From: Gemmatimonadota bacterium
GTDB taxonomy: Bacteria > Gemmatimonadota > Gemmatimonadetes > Palauibacterales > Palauibacteraceae
Reading direction: 5' to 3'
Assembly: GCA_965116475.1 (NCBI GenBank)
Contig: OZ220691.1
Span: 3,008,001 to 3,072,000, forward strand
DNA length: 64,000 nt
Shown: in pieces, positions 7,998 through 17,235 of the stretch
How the letters are laid out: every line of letters starts with the position of its first letter
How positions within the stretch are numbered: the first letter of the stretch is position 1
The notes under the pieces: model-generated
What the model was told of the DNA's origin: nothing
The model's input: only the letters and a program-made list of their open reading frames with translations
The model's database searches: none
Position numbers and translations under genes: made by a program

Positions 7998-9588
7998 CGT
8001 CGGCGGGAGCCGCGGGCGGATCGGGTTCGGCCCCCGGCGACGGGCTCTCGCCGGCGACGTTGTCCGCCGACCAGTCGATCACGACGCTGCGTCCGCCGGC
8101 CCGCGTGAGCAGGACGCCTCCGAAGCCGGCCGTGACGACGATCCATGTGCCGACGCCGGCCACGAAGAGGATCAGGCCGCGTACGAAGTCCGCCGCGCCG
8201 CCGAACACCCAGAGGGCGGCGCCCGCGGCGAAGGGGAGCATCAGAAGCGCGAGTCCGCTGACGACGTAGTAGTAGGAGTTCGAGCGGCGGAGTCGCTCCA
8301 GCCATTCGGAGCGGAAGCGGCGTCGGGCGAAGATCTCGCCGCCGGCGTGCGCCGCCGCGAGATACCCAACGACCTGGGCGAACGCTACGGCGGGAATGAG
8401 GAAGAGTGCGACCGGGATAGTGAGGACCAGCACGGTGAGGACAAGAACCAAGGGAAGGAACAGCACCTCCGCGGCGAGGCCCATCGCAAACGAGCGGGCG
8501 AACTCCAGCCGCACCGTATCCGAGACGGTCTCCAGTCGGCGGCGCCCGAAATACACGAGCAGCAAGCCAAGTGCGGCGAGAACCATGAACGCGCACCCCG
8601 CGGCGATTACGCCCTCGGCAGCGCGCCCGAAGTTGCGCAGGAGACGCGACGCCAGACCCGGCTGTGCCGGCCGCATCTGCACCGGAACGTCGAACGACTC
8701 GACCCGCCGAACGGAGGGAGCTTCCGTCGCCGCGCGCGTGGGAGAGGCCGGAGCCAGCCGAATGTCGGAGAGGATCTCCCCTTCGACCCGCGACGCTTCT
8801 TCGCCGACGTCGACCTCGCCTCCCACCTGAAGCACATCGCCTCGCACCCGCGCGCCGCCGCCCAGCACCAGCGCGCCATCCAGCACGAGGACATCGCCCT
8901 CGACGCTGCCCGCGAGGCTCAGCGTGCCGTCGAGAATGGCGACATCTCCCGGGACCGTTGCCTCGGCGAGAACCTCGTAGTCGCCGTGGACGATCATGGC
9001 CAGCCGGTCCTCGATGAGTTCGCCCGAGTCGCCGAGCCGGCCGAGCGCGTCGCGCAGGCGATCCAGTTCGCTGGTGACGTCGAAGCCAAGTCCGCCGGGG
9101 ACGATCTGCATGGGTCCGGGCTGCCCGGGGATCCCCGGCGCCGTTTCGCCCGCGGGGAGGGCGGGCGCCGCTCCGGCCGCCGCCGGCACGGCGAGCCCGA
9201 GAATCGCGTCGAGCCGACCGGCAAGCGCCCGGGCCGCATCCCGGTCGACAGCCTCCTCCGACGCACCCCACTCCTCCAGGGCCTGCCGGAATTCGATGAG
9301 GCCGCTTCGCACCGCGGAAGCATCCTCCCCGGCGTGTTCGCGAAGGAAATCGCGCCAGGCGCTCTCCAGGTCTCCGCGCGCCGCGAAGGATCCGATCCCG
9401 ATTCCGTCCACTTCGACGGTCTCGCCCTCGAAACGAAGTCGATGCTCGGTCCCGCCCTCGAGTTCGAACCACAACTCCGCCCGTCCGCCGGCCGAGAGCG
9501 TGATCGCGGCGTCGGCGATGCCGATCTCCTGCGCGTCGACGGGAGGCGTGACCGCGAGACAGGCCAGGAACGCCAGCGCCCGCCTCAT
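7990..9588 (-). CDS. Membrane protein with signal peptide, bactofilin-like (polymer-forming) beta-helix and C-terminal multi-TM domain
   Basis: MRRALAFLACLA..DAQ signal; repeats VPGDVAILDGTL / VEGDVLVLDGAL / VRGDVLQVGGEV; several hydrophobic helices at the C-terminus; ATGA overlap with the anti-sigma stop. Confidence 0.7.
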   Translation of the reverse strand: MRRALAFLACLAVTPPVDAQEIGIADAAITLSAGGRAELWFELEGGTEHRLRFEGETVEVDGIGIGSFAARGDLESAWRDFLREHAGEDASAVRSGLIEFRQALEEWGASEEAVDRDAARALAGRLDAILGLAVPAAAGAAPALPAGETAPGIPGQPGPMQIVPGGLGFDVTSELDRLRDALGRLGDSGELIEDRLAMIVHGDYEVLAEATVPGDVAILDGTLSLAGSVEGDVLVLDGALVLGGGARVRGDVLQVGGEVDVGEEASRVEGEILSDIRLAPASPTRAATEAPSVRRVESFDVPVQMRPAQPGLASRLLRNFGRAAEGVIAAGCAFMVLAALGLLLVYFGRRRLETVSDTVRLEFARSFAMGLAAEVLFLPLVLVLTVLVLTIPVALFLIPAVAFAQVVGYLAAAHAGGEIFARRRFRSEWLERLRRSNSYYYVVSGLALLMLPFAAGAALWVFGGAADFVRGLILFVAGVGTWIVVTAGFGGVLLTRAGGRSVVIDWSADNVAGESPSPGAEPDPPAAPADDA

Positions 9589-10376
9589 GCGGCCCTCTCG
9601 ATGCGAACGCGCTGTGGGAGCGGCTGCCGGAACAGCCTGGCCATGAACCAGAGAGAGGCGAGTCCGACAAGACTGGACAGCGCCAGGCTGCCGAGCGCGG
9701 CGGCGGGGCTGATCCGCTCGACGATCGACCCGCCCGCGTCCACCAGTCCGAGACGGTACGCCAAGCGGCCGGCCGCGAGCATGGTGTCGACAAGAACGGT
9801 TCGTGCGCCGCTGAAGGCGACGGTGAGGAGCTGCCCGGGCGCCACGCCCTGAGCGCCGAACAGCCAGGCCGCGGCGCCTCCCGACACGGTCAGCATGGCC
9901 GCGCCCGCCGTGGCCAGCGCCGCCCGGCGCCGCCGCGCGAAGCGCAGGAGGCGTTCGGGCCACGGGACCGGCAATCGCACGCGGGCCATCACCGCCGAGG
10001 CGAACGCCGGGGCGGGAGACCAGGTGCGGAGCCTCGAGAGCGCGCGGTCGAGCGCCGGATGAGGCAGGTCGACCCGCGCCAGGACGTCGCTTGCGAAGGA
10101 AGGCGCGGGGGACCACCCGGGCAGCTCCGCCAACCGTTGATCGAGCGCGGCGCCTGCGACGTCGACCCGCCGTGCGACGCCCGCCGCAAACCCGTCGGAC
10201 GGCCGATGCGGGGCCAGGCCCTCGAGAAACGCGACGACGTCGCGCAGCGCCTCCACTTCCTTCCGGCAACGGGCGCACGCGGCCAGGTGGTCGGCTGTCG
10301 TCCCGCGCGCGGGCGACGCCGACCTCCGGCTGGCGAATCGCTCGATTTCCTCAGGCGTAAGATGCGGCAAGTTCAC
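9585..10376 (-). CDS. Zinc-binding (zf-HC2/ZAS) membrane anti-sigma factor
   Basis: H14...HLAACARC (HxxxCxxC); two TM-like segments; lies directly downstream of an ECF sigma; GTG with GGAG SD. Confidence 0.82.
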   Translation of the reverse strand: MNLPHLTPEEIERFASRRSASPARGTTADHLAACARCRKEVEALRDVVAFLEGLAPHRPSDGFAAGVARRVDVAGAALDQRLAELPGWSPAPSFASDVLARVDLPHPALDRALSRLRTWSPAPAFASAVMARVRLPVPWPERLLRFARRRRAALATAGAAMLTVSGGAAAWLFGAQGVAPGQLLTVAFSGARTVLVDTMLAAGRLAYRLGLVDAGGSIVERISPAAALGSLALSSLVGLASLWFMARLFRQPLPQRVRIERAA

Positions 10377-10429
10377 TCCTGTTCTCCCTGGAGGCGCCGG
10401 CAACCCTCGGCAAATGCGGCCGCGGGCTG

Positions 10430-11023
10430 CTACGGCTCCGTCAGATGTACGAGAGCGGCCTTCAATTCGTTTCTCGCCCGGTGGATGTAGGTCTTCACCG
10501 TCCCGAGCGGGATCTCCATCACCTGCGCGATCTCGTCGTACGCGTACCCCTCGATGTGCCGCAGAAGGATCGCGGTTCGGTATTCGGGTCGGAGTTGTCC
10601 GATGGCCGCTTCGATCTCGGATCCGAGTTCGCGGGCCTCGAGGAGTTCATCGGGTCGTTCGTCACCGGAGACCAGCGTGATTTCCGTCGCGGCCTGGCGG
10701 TCCGGGGTCACGGCGTCCGGCGCCCCGTGCATGGAAACGACATCGAGTTCCTTCTTGCGCAGGTGATCTATCGTCAGGTTGTAGCCGATCTTGAAGAGCC
10801 AGGAGGAAAATTTGTAGGAGGGATCGTACCGGCGGAGATTGTTCAGCGTGCGGACGAACGTTTCCTGGGCGAGGTCCTCCGCGAGTTCACGATCCCGCAC
10901 CATCCGGAAGATGAGAGAGAAGACCGGACGCTCGAACCGGAGCACGATCTCGCGTGCGGCCCGTTCGTCGCCGTGGAGGCACATCTCCACCAGCGTCTGC
11001 TCGCTGTGATCCGAGTAGCTCAC
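10430..11023 (-). CDS. ECF RNA polymerase sigma factor (SigW/RpoE-like)
   Basis: Region 2 AEDLAQETF..FSSWLFKIGYN; region 4 YAYDEIAQVMEIPLGTVKTYIHRAR. Confidence 0.93.
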   Translation of the reverse strand: MSYSDHSEQTLVEMCLHGDERAAREIVLRFERPVFSLIFRMVRDRELAEDLAQETFVRTLNNLRRYDPSYKFSSWLFKIGYNLTIDHLRKKELDVVSMHGAPDAVTPDRQAATEITLVSGDERPDELLEARELGSEIEAAIGQLRPEYRTAILLRHIEGYAYDEIAQVMEIPLGTVKTYIHRARNELKAALVHLTEP

Positions 11024-11076
11024 TCGATCCTGCCCCTCCGGGTGGCGACGGCGGGCCGGCGGCGGCCGGGTCGCCA

Positions 11077-11101
11077 TGACCGACGCTGCACGCCGGGTTC
11101 C
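11077..11101 (-). promoter_or_regulatory. Candidate ECF-sigma (autoregulatory) promoter
   Basis: Minus strand GGAAC-N16-GTCA, about 55 nt upstream of the sigma start. Confidence 0.5.
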
Positions 11102-11186
11102 GGCCCACCCTACACGGCTCCGCGACCAATATGCGCGCCGAAGGCCGTCATCGGCATGCGCCGGCCCTGCTCCGGAGCGAACGACG

Positions 11187-12062
11187 CTAGCTCTGGCAGT
11201 CGGCACAGAAGAACGAACTCCGTCCGGCCTGCACGATCCGGCGGATTGGTCGGGCGCAGGCGGGGCAGGCGACTCCTTCGCGCTGGTAGACGTGCAGCCG
11301 CGTCTGAAAGGAGCCCGAACGGCCGTTGACGGCCCGATAGTCCCGCAGCGTTGTTCCCGCGCTCCGGAGCGCCTCGCGCAGGACCGCCCGCACCGCCCGA
11401 TGCAGTCGGCGCACCTCCGCCGCGCCGAGCGAACCGGCCGGCCGGCGCGGGTCGATCCTCGCGCGGTACAACGCCTCGCTCGCGTAGATGTTCCCCACAC
11501 CCGCGACGCGCCGCTGGTCCAGCAGGGCGTTCTTGATCGGCGCCCGCAGCGGCGCGACGATGCGAGCCAGACGGGCGGCGGTGAACGTTCGGCCGAGGGG
11601 CTCCGGTCCGAGCGCGGCCTCCCGGGTCTTCCACGCCTCGGGCGTCAGCAGGTCGAAGCCGCCGAGGCGGCGGACATCGTCGTAGAAGAGCGTCCGGCCA
11701 TCGTCGAGTTCGAAGTCGAGACCCGGATGCCTGAACTCCGCCGACTGCGGGCGTTGCGGGGCGAGCGCGAACCGGCCCGTCATGCGGACCTGCACGCGCA
11801 TCAACAGCTCTACAGGGGCGTCGCTGGGGACGTCGCTCGGAGCGTCGATGCCGTCCGCCGCGTGGAGCGGGAAGAGCAGGTACTTGGCGCGGCGGTCCGC
11901 GTCTCCGAAGGTGCGCCCGAGCACGGCGCGGGAAAACGACCGCGCCGAAAGCCCTCCGAGGATCAGGTCGTCGTGATGGACGCGGGTGCGGCGGATCCGT
12001 CGGCCCCGGAGGAGCGGGGCGAGGTCCCGCCGCATCGTCTCGACCTCCGGAAGCTCCGGCAC
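11187..12062 (-). CDS. mutM: Formamidopyrimidine-DNA glycosylase
   Basis: N-terminal PELPEVE, RRAKYL, MTG, VAGVGNIYASEAL (H2TH), C-terminal CPAC..CADCQ zinc finger. Confidence 0.96.
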   Translation of the reverse strand: MPELPEVETMRRDLAPLLRGRRIRRTRVHHDDLILGGLSARSFSRAVLGRTFGDADRRAKYLLFPLHAADGIDAPSDVPSDAPVELLMRVQVRMTGRFALAPQRPQSAEFRHPGLDFELDDGRTLFYDDVRRLGGFDLLTPEAWKTREAALGPEPLGRTFTAARLARIVAPLRAPIKNALLDQRRVAGVGNIYASEALYRARIDPRRPAGSLGAAEVRRLHRAVRAVLREALRSAGTTLRDYRAVNGRSGSFQTRLHVYQREGVACPACARPIRRIVQAGRSSFFCADCQS

Positions 12063-12063
12063 G

Positions 12064-13392
12064 TCAACCCTGGCGTCGTGTCCCTGAGGGGTGGATGCGC
12101 GCCGACTCGTCCGGTGCGAGGCGGCCGGGATCGAGTTCGTGCCAGCCGATGTCGGATCGGGAATGAGCGCCATCGAATCGAATCCGGGCCGCGGCTTCAC
12201 GGCTTCGCCGTGCGGCCTCCTCGAGCGTCCCGCCGAACCCCGTGATGCCGAGTACACGCCCTCCCGCCGTGACCAGCCGCCCCTGCTCCATCGCGGTCCC
12301 GGCGTGAAACACCCTCACCTCGGCGGGGTCGAAGGCGGGAATCTCGATCCGCCGCCCCGAATCCGAGCTCTCGGGATACCCCGCGCTCGCCATCACCGTG
12401 ACGAGCGCGTGTCCGGGAGCCGCTGCGGGGCGCCAGCCGGCGAGCGAGTCGCCGTGCGCGACCCGCAGCATCGGTTCGAGCAGGTTCGAACTCGTGAGCG
12501 GGAGTACGACCTGCGTCTCCGGATCTCCCATCCGACAGTTGAACTCGACGACGCGCGGCCCCGTGGCGGTCAGCATGAGCCCCGCGTACAGGAAGCCTCG
12601 GTAGGGGGCGCCGGACTCCGCCATCGCGTCGAGCACGGGTTGCGCAATGTCGCGCCGCACTTCGTCGATGAAGTCCGGGTCCGCCGGCGCCGCCGGAGAG
12701 TAGGCCCCCATGCCGCCGGTGTTCAGGCCGCGGTCTCGTTCCCCGACCCGCTTGTAATCCCGGGATGTGAGCAGCGGGACGGCGCGTTCCCCGTCCGCCA
12801 GGAAAAACACGGACAGCTCCACGCCGCGCATGAACTCCTCGATCACGACCCGGCCGCCCGCGTCCCCGAACTTTCGGTCGACCATCATCTCCTCGACCGC
12901 CGTGCGGGCTTCGCCCCGCGTTCGGCAGACGATGGCGCCCTTGCCGGCCGCCAGACCGGAGGCCTTTACGACGAGGGGTTCCTCGTGGCCCGCGACATAA
13001 TCCAGCGCCGCCGCGGCGTCGTCGAAGGTCTCGTGATCCGCCGTCGGAACGCCGCAGTCGCGCAGCAGGCGTTTCGCGAACGCCTTGGAAGCCTCGAGGC
13101 GGGCTCCCGCCCGGTCGGGCCCGAAGACGGGCAGCCCGGCCTCGGCGAAGCGGTCGGCGATGCCCGCCGCGAGCGGCGCTTCGGGGCCAACGACGGTGAG
13201 GTCGATGCGCCGCGCCGCCGCGAAGTCGAGCAGGCCTGGGATATCCCCGGCCTGGATATCGACGAGTTCCGCCGTGCCGAGCATGCCCGGGTTCCCCGGG
13301 GCCGCGTAGATGGTGGCATCCGGCGCGTCGCGGCGGAGGCAGTCCGCGAAGGCGTGCTCCCGGCCGCCGCTTCCGATGATGAGGAGGTTCAC
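12064..13392 (-). CDS. purD: Phosphoribosylamine-glycine ligase
   Basis: IIGSGGREHA, VVGPEAPL, LEASKAFAK, KASGLAAGKG, NTGGMGAY, EFNCRMGDPETQ. Confidence 0.96.
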   Translation of the reverse strand: MNLLIIGSGGREHAFADCLRRDAPDATIYAAPGNPGMLGTAELVDIQAGDIPGLLDFAAARRIDLTVVGPEAPLAAGIADRFAEAGLPVFGPDRAGARLEASKAFAKRLLRDCGVPTADHETFDDAAAALDYVAGHEEPLVVKASGLAAGKGAIVCRTRGEARTAVEEMMVDRKFGDAGGRVVIEEFMRGVELSVFFLADGERAVPLLTSRDYKRVGERDRGLNTGGMGAYSPAAPADPDFIDEVRRDIAQPVLDAMAESGAPYRGFLYAGLMLTATGPRVVEFNCRMGDPETQVVLPLTSSNLLEPMLRVAHGDSLAGWRPAAAPGHALVTVMASAGYPESSDSGRRIEIPAFDPAEVRVFHAGTAMEQGRLVTAGGRVLGITGFGGTLEEAARRSREAAARIRFDGAHSRSDIGWHELDPGRLAPDESARIHPSGTRRQG

Positions 13393-13394
13393 AG

Positions 13395-14384
13395 CTAGTC
13401 GTCCGCGCGTCCCCGGAAGGCGCCGGTCAGCCGGTCCCGCAATCGATCCACCGCGGCATCGACCTCGTCGAAGAGTTCGCGCGCGCCGTCCTGATAGCCC
13501 TTCGCCGCCTCGCGAAGATCCTCGCGGTACGGACGGTCGTCCTTCTCATCCCGGTGCTGGTACTCGCCCGCCAGGATGCGGTCGTACTCGCCGCTCTCGA
13601 TCCAGTCGCGCAGTTCGGCCACGCGGATGACGGCGAACGGGTGGGTCTGGCCGAGCACGTTGAGCACCTTGTAGACGGCGTCGAGGAGGTCGCCGCCCGC
13701 CCTGTATTCGTCGGACTGCGCGATGAACTCGTCGAGGTCGAGAGAGACGCCCCGCCCACCGCCCGCGAGCTGCATCAGCGCGGACATCGCGACCTGCGGA
13801 TTCTGCACCGCGAGGAGCCCGGCGCGGTCCGATGAGAGTTCGCTCTTCCGGTACCACTCCATGAGGCCCATGTAGATCGGCAGAAGCGCAAGGCCGGCGA
13901 ACGTATAGCGGAGAGCGACCAGGTTGAGAACCAGGATCAGCATGGTCCGGTAGAGCACGTGCCCGGATACGATGTGTCCGACTTCGTGGCCGAGGACAGC
14001 CTCGACCTCGTCCTCCGACAGGATCTCGAGCATCGAGGAGTTGAGGACGATGAACGGCTCGCCGAACCCCACCGCTCCCGCGTTCACCAGGTGCGTCTGC
14101 GAGATGTAGCATTCCGGCGGCTTCTCCACGTCGAGTACCTCGCACACACGCGCCAGGCGCGCGTGAACCCATGCGTATTGCCGCTCGGACGTACGCACGG
14201 CGTTGGCCTTGAAGGCGAGCCGGATCGCGCGCTCGCCGAACAGAGCGAAGATCTTGCGCAAAAGGAGATCGAACCCCGGGATCTTGCGCAGCGTATTCAG
14301 CGCCGCCCGGTCCGCCGGGTGTTCCCACGAGATCGCGGCGATCTGCGTGAGGATCCGCCTCTGGTGTTCGTCGCCTGCCGCCAT
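13395..14384 (-). CDS. M48 family Zn metalloprotease
   Basis: VLGHEVGH, ELSSDRAGL, THPF motifs. Confidence 0.88.
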   Translation of the reverse strand: MAAGDEHQRRILTQIAAISWEHPADRAALNTLRKIPGFDLLLRKIFALFGERAIRLAFKANAVRTSERQYAWVHARLARVCEVLDVEKPPECYISQTHLVNAGAVGFGEPFIVLNSSMLEILSEDEVEAVLGHEVGHIVSGHVLYRTMLILVLNLVALRYTFAGLALLPIYMGLMEWYRKSELSSDRAGLLAVQNPQVAMSALMQLAGGGRGVSLDLDEFIAQSDEYRAGGDLLDAVYKVLNVLGQTHPFAVIRVAELRDWIESGEYDRILAGEYQHRDEKDDRPYREDLREAAKGYQDGARELFDEVDAAVDRLRDRLTGAFRGRADD

Positions 14385-14516
14385 CTATCACCCCCCTTGC
14401 GCGTCAATCGCGCTCGTGTGAGCCGGCCGATTCGCGGGGCCGGCTTCCGCGCTCCCGGCTCTACGTCCGGCCCCGATCCCCTGTTTCAACCGTCCGGACG
14501 GCCGCACCCCCGCCGC

Positions 14517-15677
14517 TCAGAGACGGGAAAGAGCCCGCTCGATGTCCTCCGAGAGATCGTCGCCATCCTCCACGCCCACCGACAGTCGTACGAGTCCCGG
14601 TCCCAGTCCGATCTCCCGCTTCTTTTCGTCGGGTACCGAAGCGTGGGTCATCGAAGAGGGAACGCATACCAGGCTTTCGACCCCGCCGAGACTCTCGGCC
14701 AGCTGGAACACCCGTGTGAGTCCGGCGAAGCGGTTGGCCCGTTCCTCCGTACCCAGATCGAAGCTCACCATGGAGCCGAAGTCGCGCATCTGGCGCTTGG
14801 CCAGTGCATGTTGCGGATGGCTCCGGAGGCCGGGATAGCGAACGGATTCGACTTCATCGTGGCCCCGCAGCACGTCGACGACCTGCCGCGCGTTCCGGCA
14901 GTGGGCCGGCATGCGCAGATGCAGCGTCTTCGTGCCTCGGAGGACGAGCCAGCAGTCGAAGGGACCCGGCACGGCCCCGCTCGTCTTCTGCTGAAAGTGG
15001 AACCCTTCGGCGAGTTCGCCGGAACTCGTGAGCAGGGCGCCGCCGATCATGTCGCTGTGGCCGTTGAGGAACTTCGTCGTCGAGTGCATTACGACATCCG
15101 CGCCATCGTCGAGCGGGCGCTGGAGGAAAGGCGTCGCGAACGTGTTGTCGACGGACAATACGGCTCCCGCATCGTGCGCGATCGCGGCGCAGGCCGCGAT
15201 ATCCGTGATCGTCATCGTCGGGTTGCTCGGCGTTTCGACGTGGATGAGGCGCGTCTCCGGGCGGATCGCGGCGCGAACCTGATCGAGATCTCCCGTGTTC
15301 ACGAAATCGAAGCCGACCCCGAAACGCTCCCACACGTGGCGCAGCATGCGGTCGACGCCCCCGTAGACGTCCGCGCCGCAGATGAGGTGGTCGCCCGCGT
15401 TGAGCACCGTCTTGACGATCGCCTCCGTCGCGGCGAGACCCGAAGAGAACGCCGCACCGTGCCGCCCGTTCTCGAGCGCGGCGAGGTTTTCCTGGAGAGC
15501 TTCGCGCGTGGGGTTCCTGACCCGCGCGTAGTCGTAGCCTTCGCGCGGCGCGCCGACGGCGTCCTGAACGTAGGTCGATGTCTGGAAGATCGGCGTCATG
15601 ATCGCCCCGGTCACGGGATCGGGGCGCTGCCCGGCGTGGATGGCCCGGGTTCCGAACCGTTGGGCGGCTGGGTCCAC
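14517..15677 (-). CDS. Cystathionine gamma-synthase/gamma-lyase (Cys/Met PLP enzyme)
   Basis: PIFQTSTY, YARVRNPT, FSSGLAA, ETPSNP, VDNTF, HSTTKFLNGHSD (PLP Lys), ESLGGVES, LVRLSVGVE. Confidence 0.93.
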   Translation of the reverse strand: MDPAAQRFGTRAIHAGQRPDPVTGAIMTPIFQTSTYVQDAVGAPREGYDYARVRNPTREALQENLAALENGRHGAAFSSGLAATEAIVKTVLNAGDHLICGADVYGGVDRMLRHVWERFGVGFDFVNTGDLDQVRAAIRPETRLIHVETPSNPTMTITDIAACAAIAHDAGAVLSVDNTFATPFLQRPLDDGADVVMHSTTKFLNGHSDMIGGALLTSSGELAEGFHFQQKTSGAVPGPFDCWLVLRGTKTLHLRMPAHCRNARQVVDVLRGHDEVESVRYPGLRSHPQHALAKRQMRDFGSMVSFDLGTEERANRFAGLTRVFQLAESLGGVESLVCVPSSMTHASVPDEKKREIGLGPGLVRLSVGVEDGDDLSEDIERALSRL

Positions 15678-15850
15678 GTCTTCATCTCCGGCTCGGGTAG
15701 AGGCAGACGACGCGTGACACGACGCATCGCGGGTCGAGTCCGCAAGGTATTCCCGCCGTGCGGGGAGGGCGACCGGAGCCGTCGCCGCAAGCCGCGCGGA
15801 CGACCAACCCTTAAGATCCCGCGTCCATCTCACCGTCGGTGGAGAACAGC

Positions 15851-17227
15851 GTGTCAAGGTCACTCATCGTTTCTGCTTCGGGCATCCGTGGAATCGTCGG
15901 GCGCGGGCTCACGCCCGACGTCGCGGCCCGCTACGGCGCCGCCTTCGCCGTCCGCCTCGCCGCAGCGGCCTCCGGTGGCGGGCATGTCCTGATCGGCCGC
16001 GACAGCCGCGTCTCCGGGCCCGCGCTGCTCGACGCCGTGTCGGCGGGGGTCCGGGCCGCCGGGCTGGACGTGTGCGACCTCGGGATCGTGGCGACGCCCA
16101 CGGGGCTCCTCGCCGTGGCGGAGGACGAGGCCGCGATCGGCGGACTCCTCGTGACCGCCTCCCACAACCCGGCGCCGTGGAACGGGCTCAAGCTCGTGGC
16201 GCGCGAGGGGCGGTTTCTCTCGGCGGCCGCCGGGCGGGACGTCCAGCGAGCTTTCGAGGGAGAGATCGAGTACGTGGAGTCGTCGCGCACGGGAGCCAGA
16301 AGCGCGCGGGAAGGCGCCGGCCGCGCTCACATCGAGCGGATTCTGTCGCTGCCGATCATCGACCCCGAACTCATCGCGTCAAAGGGGTTCCACGTCGCGC
16401 TCGACTGCGTGCGCGGCGCCGGAGGGCCGATCATGCTGCCGCTGCTGGAGCGCCTCGGCTGCCGGGTGAGCGGGCTCGATCTCGAGCCCGACGGCCGTTT
16501 TCCGCGTCCTCCCGAGCCTCTGGTCGAGAACCTCGGGAAGCTCTCCGCCCGCGTCACGGAGGTGTGCGCGGACATCGGTTTCGCCGTGGACCCCGATGTC
16601 GACCGCCTTGCCCTCGTGGACGAGAACGGGCGCCCCGTGGGCGAGGACTGGACCCTCGCGCTGGCCGTCGAACTCGTCGCGGCCCGCGAGCCCGCGCCCG
16701 TCGTTACCAACCTCTCCGCGAGCCGCCTGATTCAGGACGCGGCGGATCGCACCGGCGTACCGCTGATCCGCACACCGGTGGCGGAGGCCAACGTCGTCGC
16801 CCGCATGCTCGAAGCGGGGAGTTCGATCGGGGGAGAGGGGAACGGCGGCGTCATCTATGGAGGACTGCACCTCACGCGCGACGCACCGCTGGCCGCCGCT
16901 CTGATTCTGCAGTTCCTCGCGGAGAGCGGTTCCACCCTCGGCGCCGCGGTCGACGAGCGACCTTCGTACCGGATCGTGAAACGGACGATCTCGCGCGAAG
17001 GACTGGGCATCGAGGAGGCGCTCGCCGCGGTCGCCGCCGCGGCCCCGTCCGGAGCGGTGGTGGACCGGCAGGACGGAGTCCGGCTCGAGTGGCCGGATGG
17101 GTCGTGGATTCACGCCAGACCGTCCGGGACCGAGCCGATCTTCCGCATCATGGCGGAGGCGACCCGCGAGGCACTGGCGCACGAGCGGGCCGACTGGGTC
17201 AACGCCCTGGTGCGGCGCGCGGTCTGA
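15851..17227 (+). CDS. glmM: Phosphoglucosamine mutase
   Basis: SGIRG, TASHNP, DPDVDR, GGEGNGG, RPSGTEP; adjacent to glmS. Confidence 0.85.
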   Translation: MSRSLIVSASGIRGIVGRGLTPDVAARYGAAFAVRLAAAASGGGHVLIGRDSRVSGPALLDAVSAGVRAAGLDVCDLGIVATPTGLLAVAEDEAAIGGLLVTASHNPAPWNGLKLVAREGRFLSAAAGRDVQRAFEGEIEYVESSRTGARSAREGAGRAHIERILSLPIIDPELIASKGFHVALDCVRGAGGPIMLPLLERLGCRVSGLDLEPDGRFPRPPEPLVENLGKLSARVTEVCADIGFAVDPDVDRLALVDENGRPVGEDWTLALAVELVAAREPAPVVTNLSASRLIQDAADRTGVPLIRTPVAEANVVARMLEAGSSIGGEGNGGVIYGGLHLTRDAPLAAALILQFLAESGSTLGAAVDERPSYRIVKRTISREGLGIEEALAAVAAAAPSGAVVDRQDGVRLEWPDGSWIHARPSGTEPIFRIMAEATREALAHERADWVNALVRRAV

Positions 17228-17235
17228 GCGGCGAG

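Noticed and set aside
15678..15850. Possible SAM riboswitch or T-box upstream of the Cys/Met PLP enzyme
   Set aside because: No SAM-I core or T-box consensus recognised on the minus strand
16072..17235. ORF-track 1006-aa GlmS, 773-aa Adk and 628-aa CysS apparent fusions
   Set aside because: Upstream extensions are off-frame overlaps with the preceding genes; true starts are at MCGIVG, MGMRLII and MSLRLYD
17228..17235. glmS ribozyme
   Set aside because: Only 8 nt between glmM and glmS
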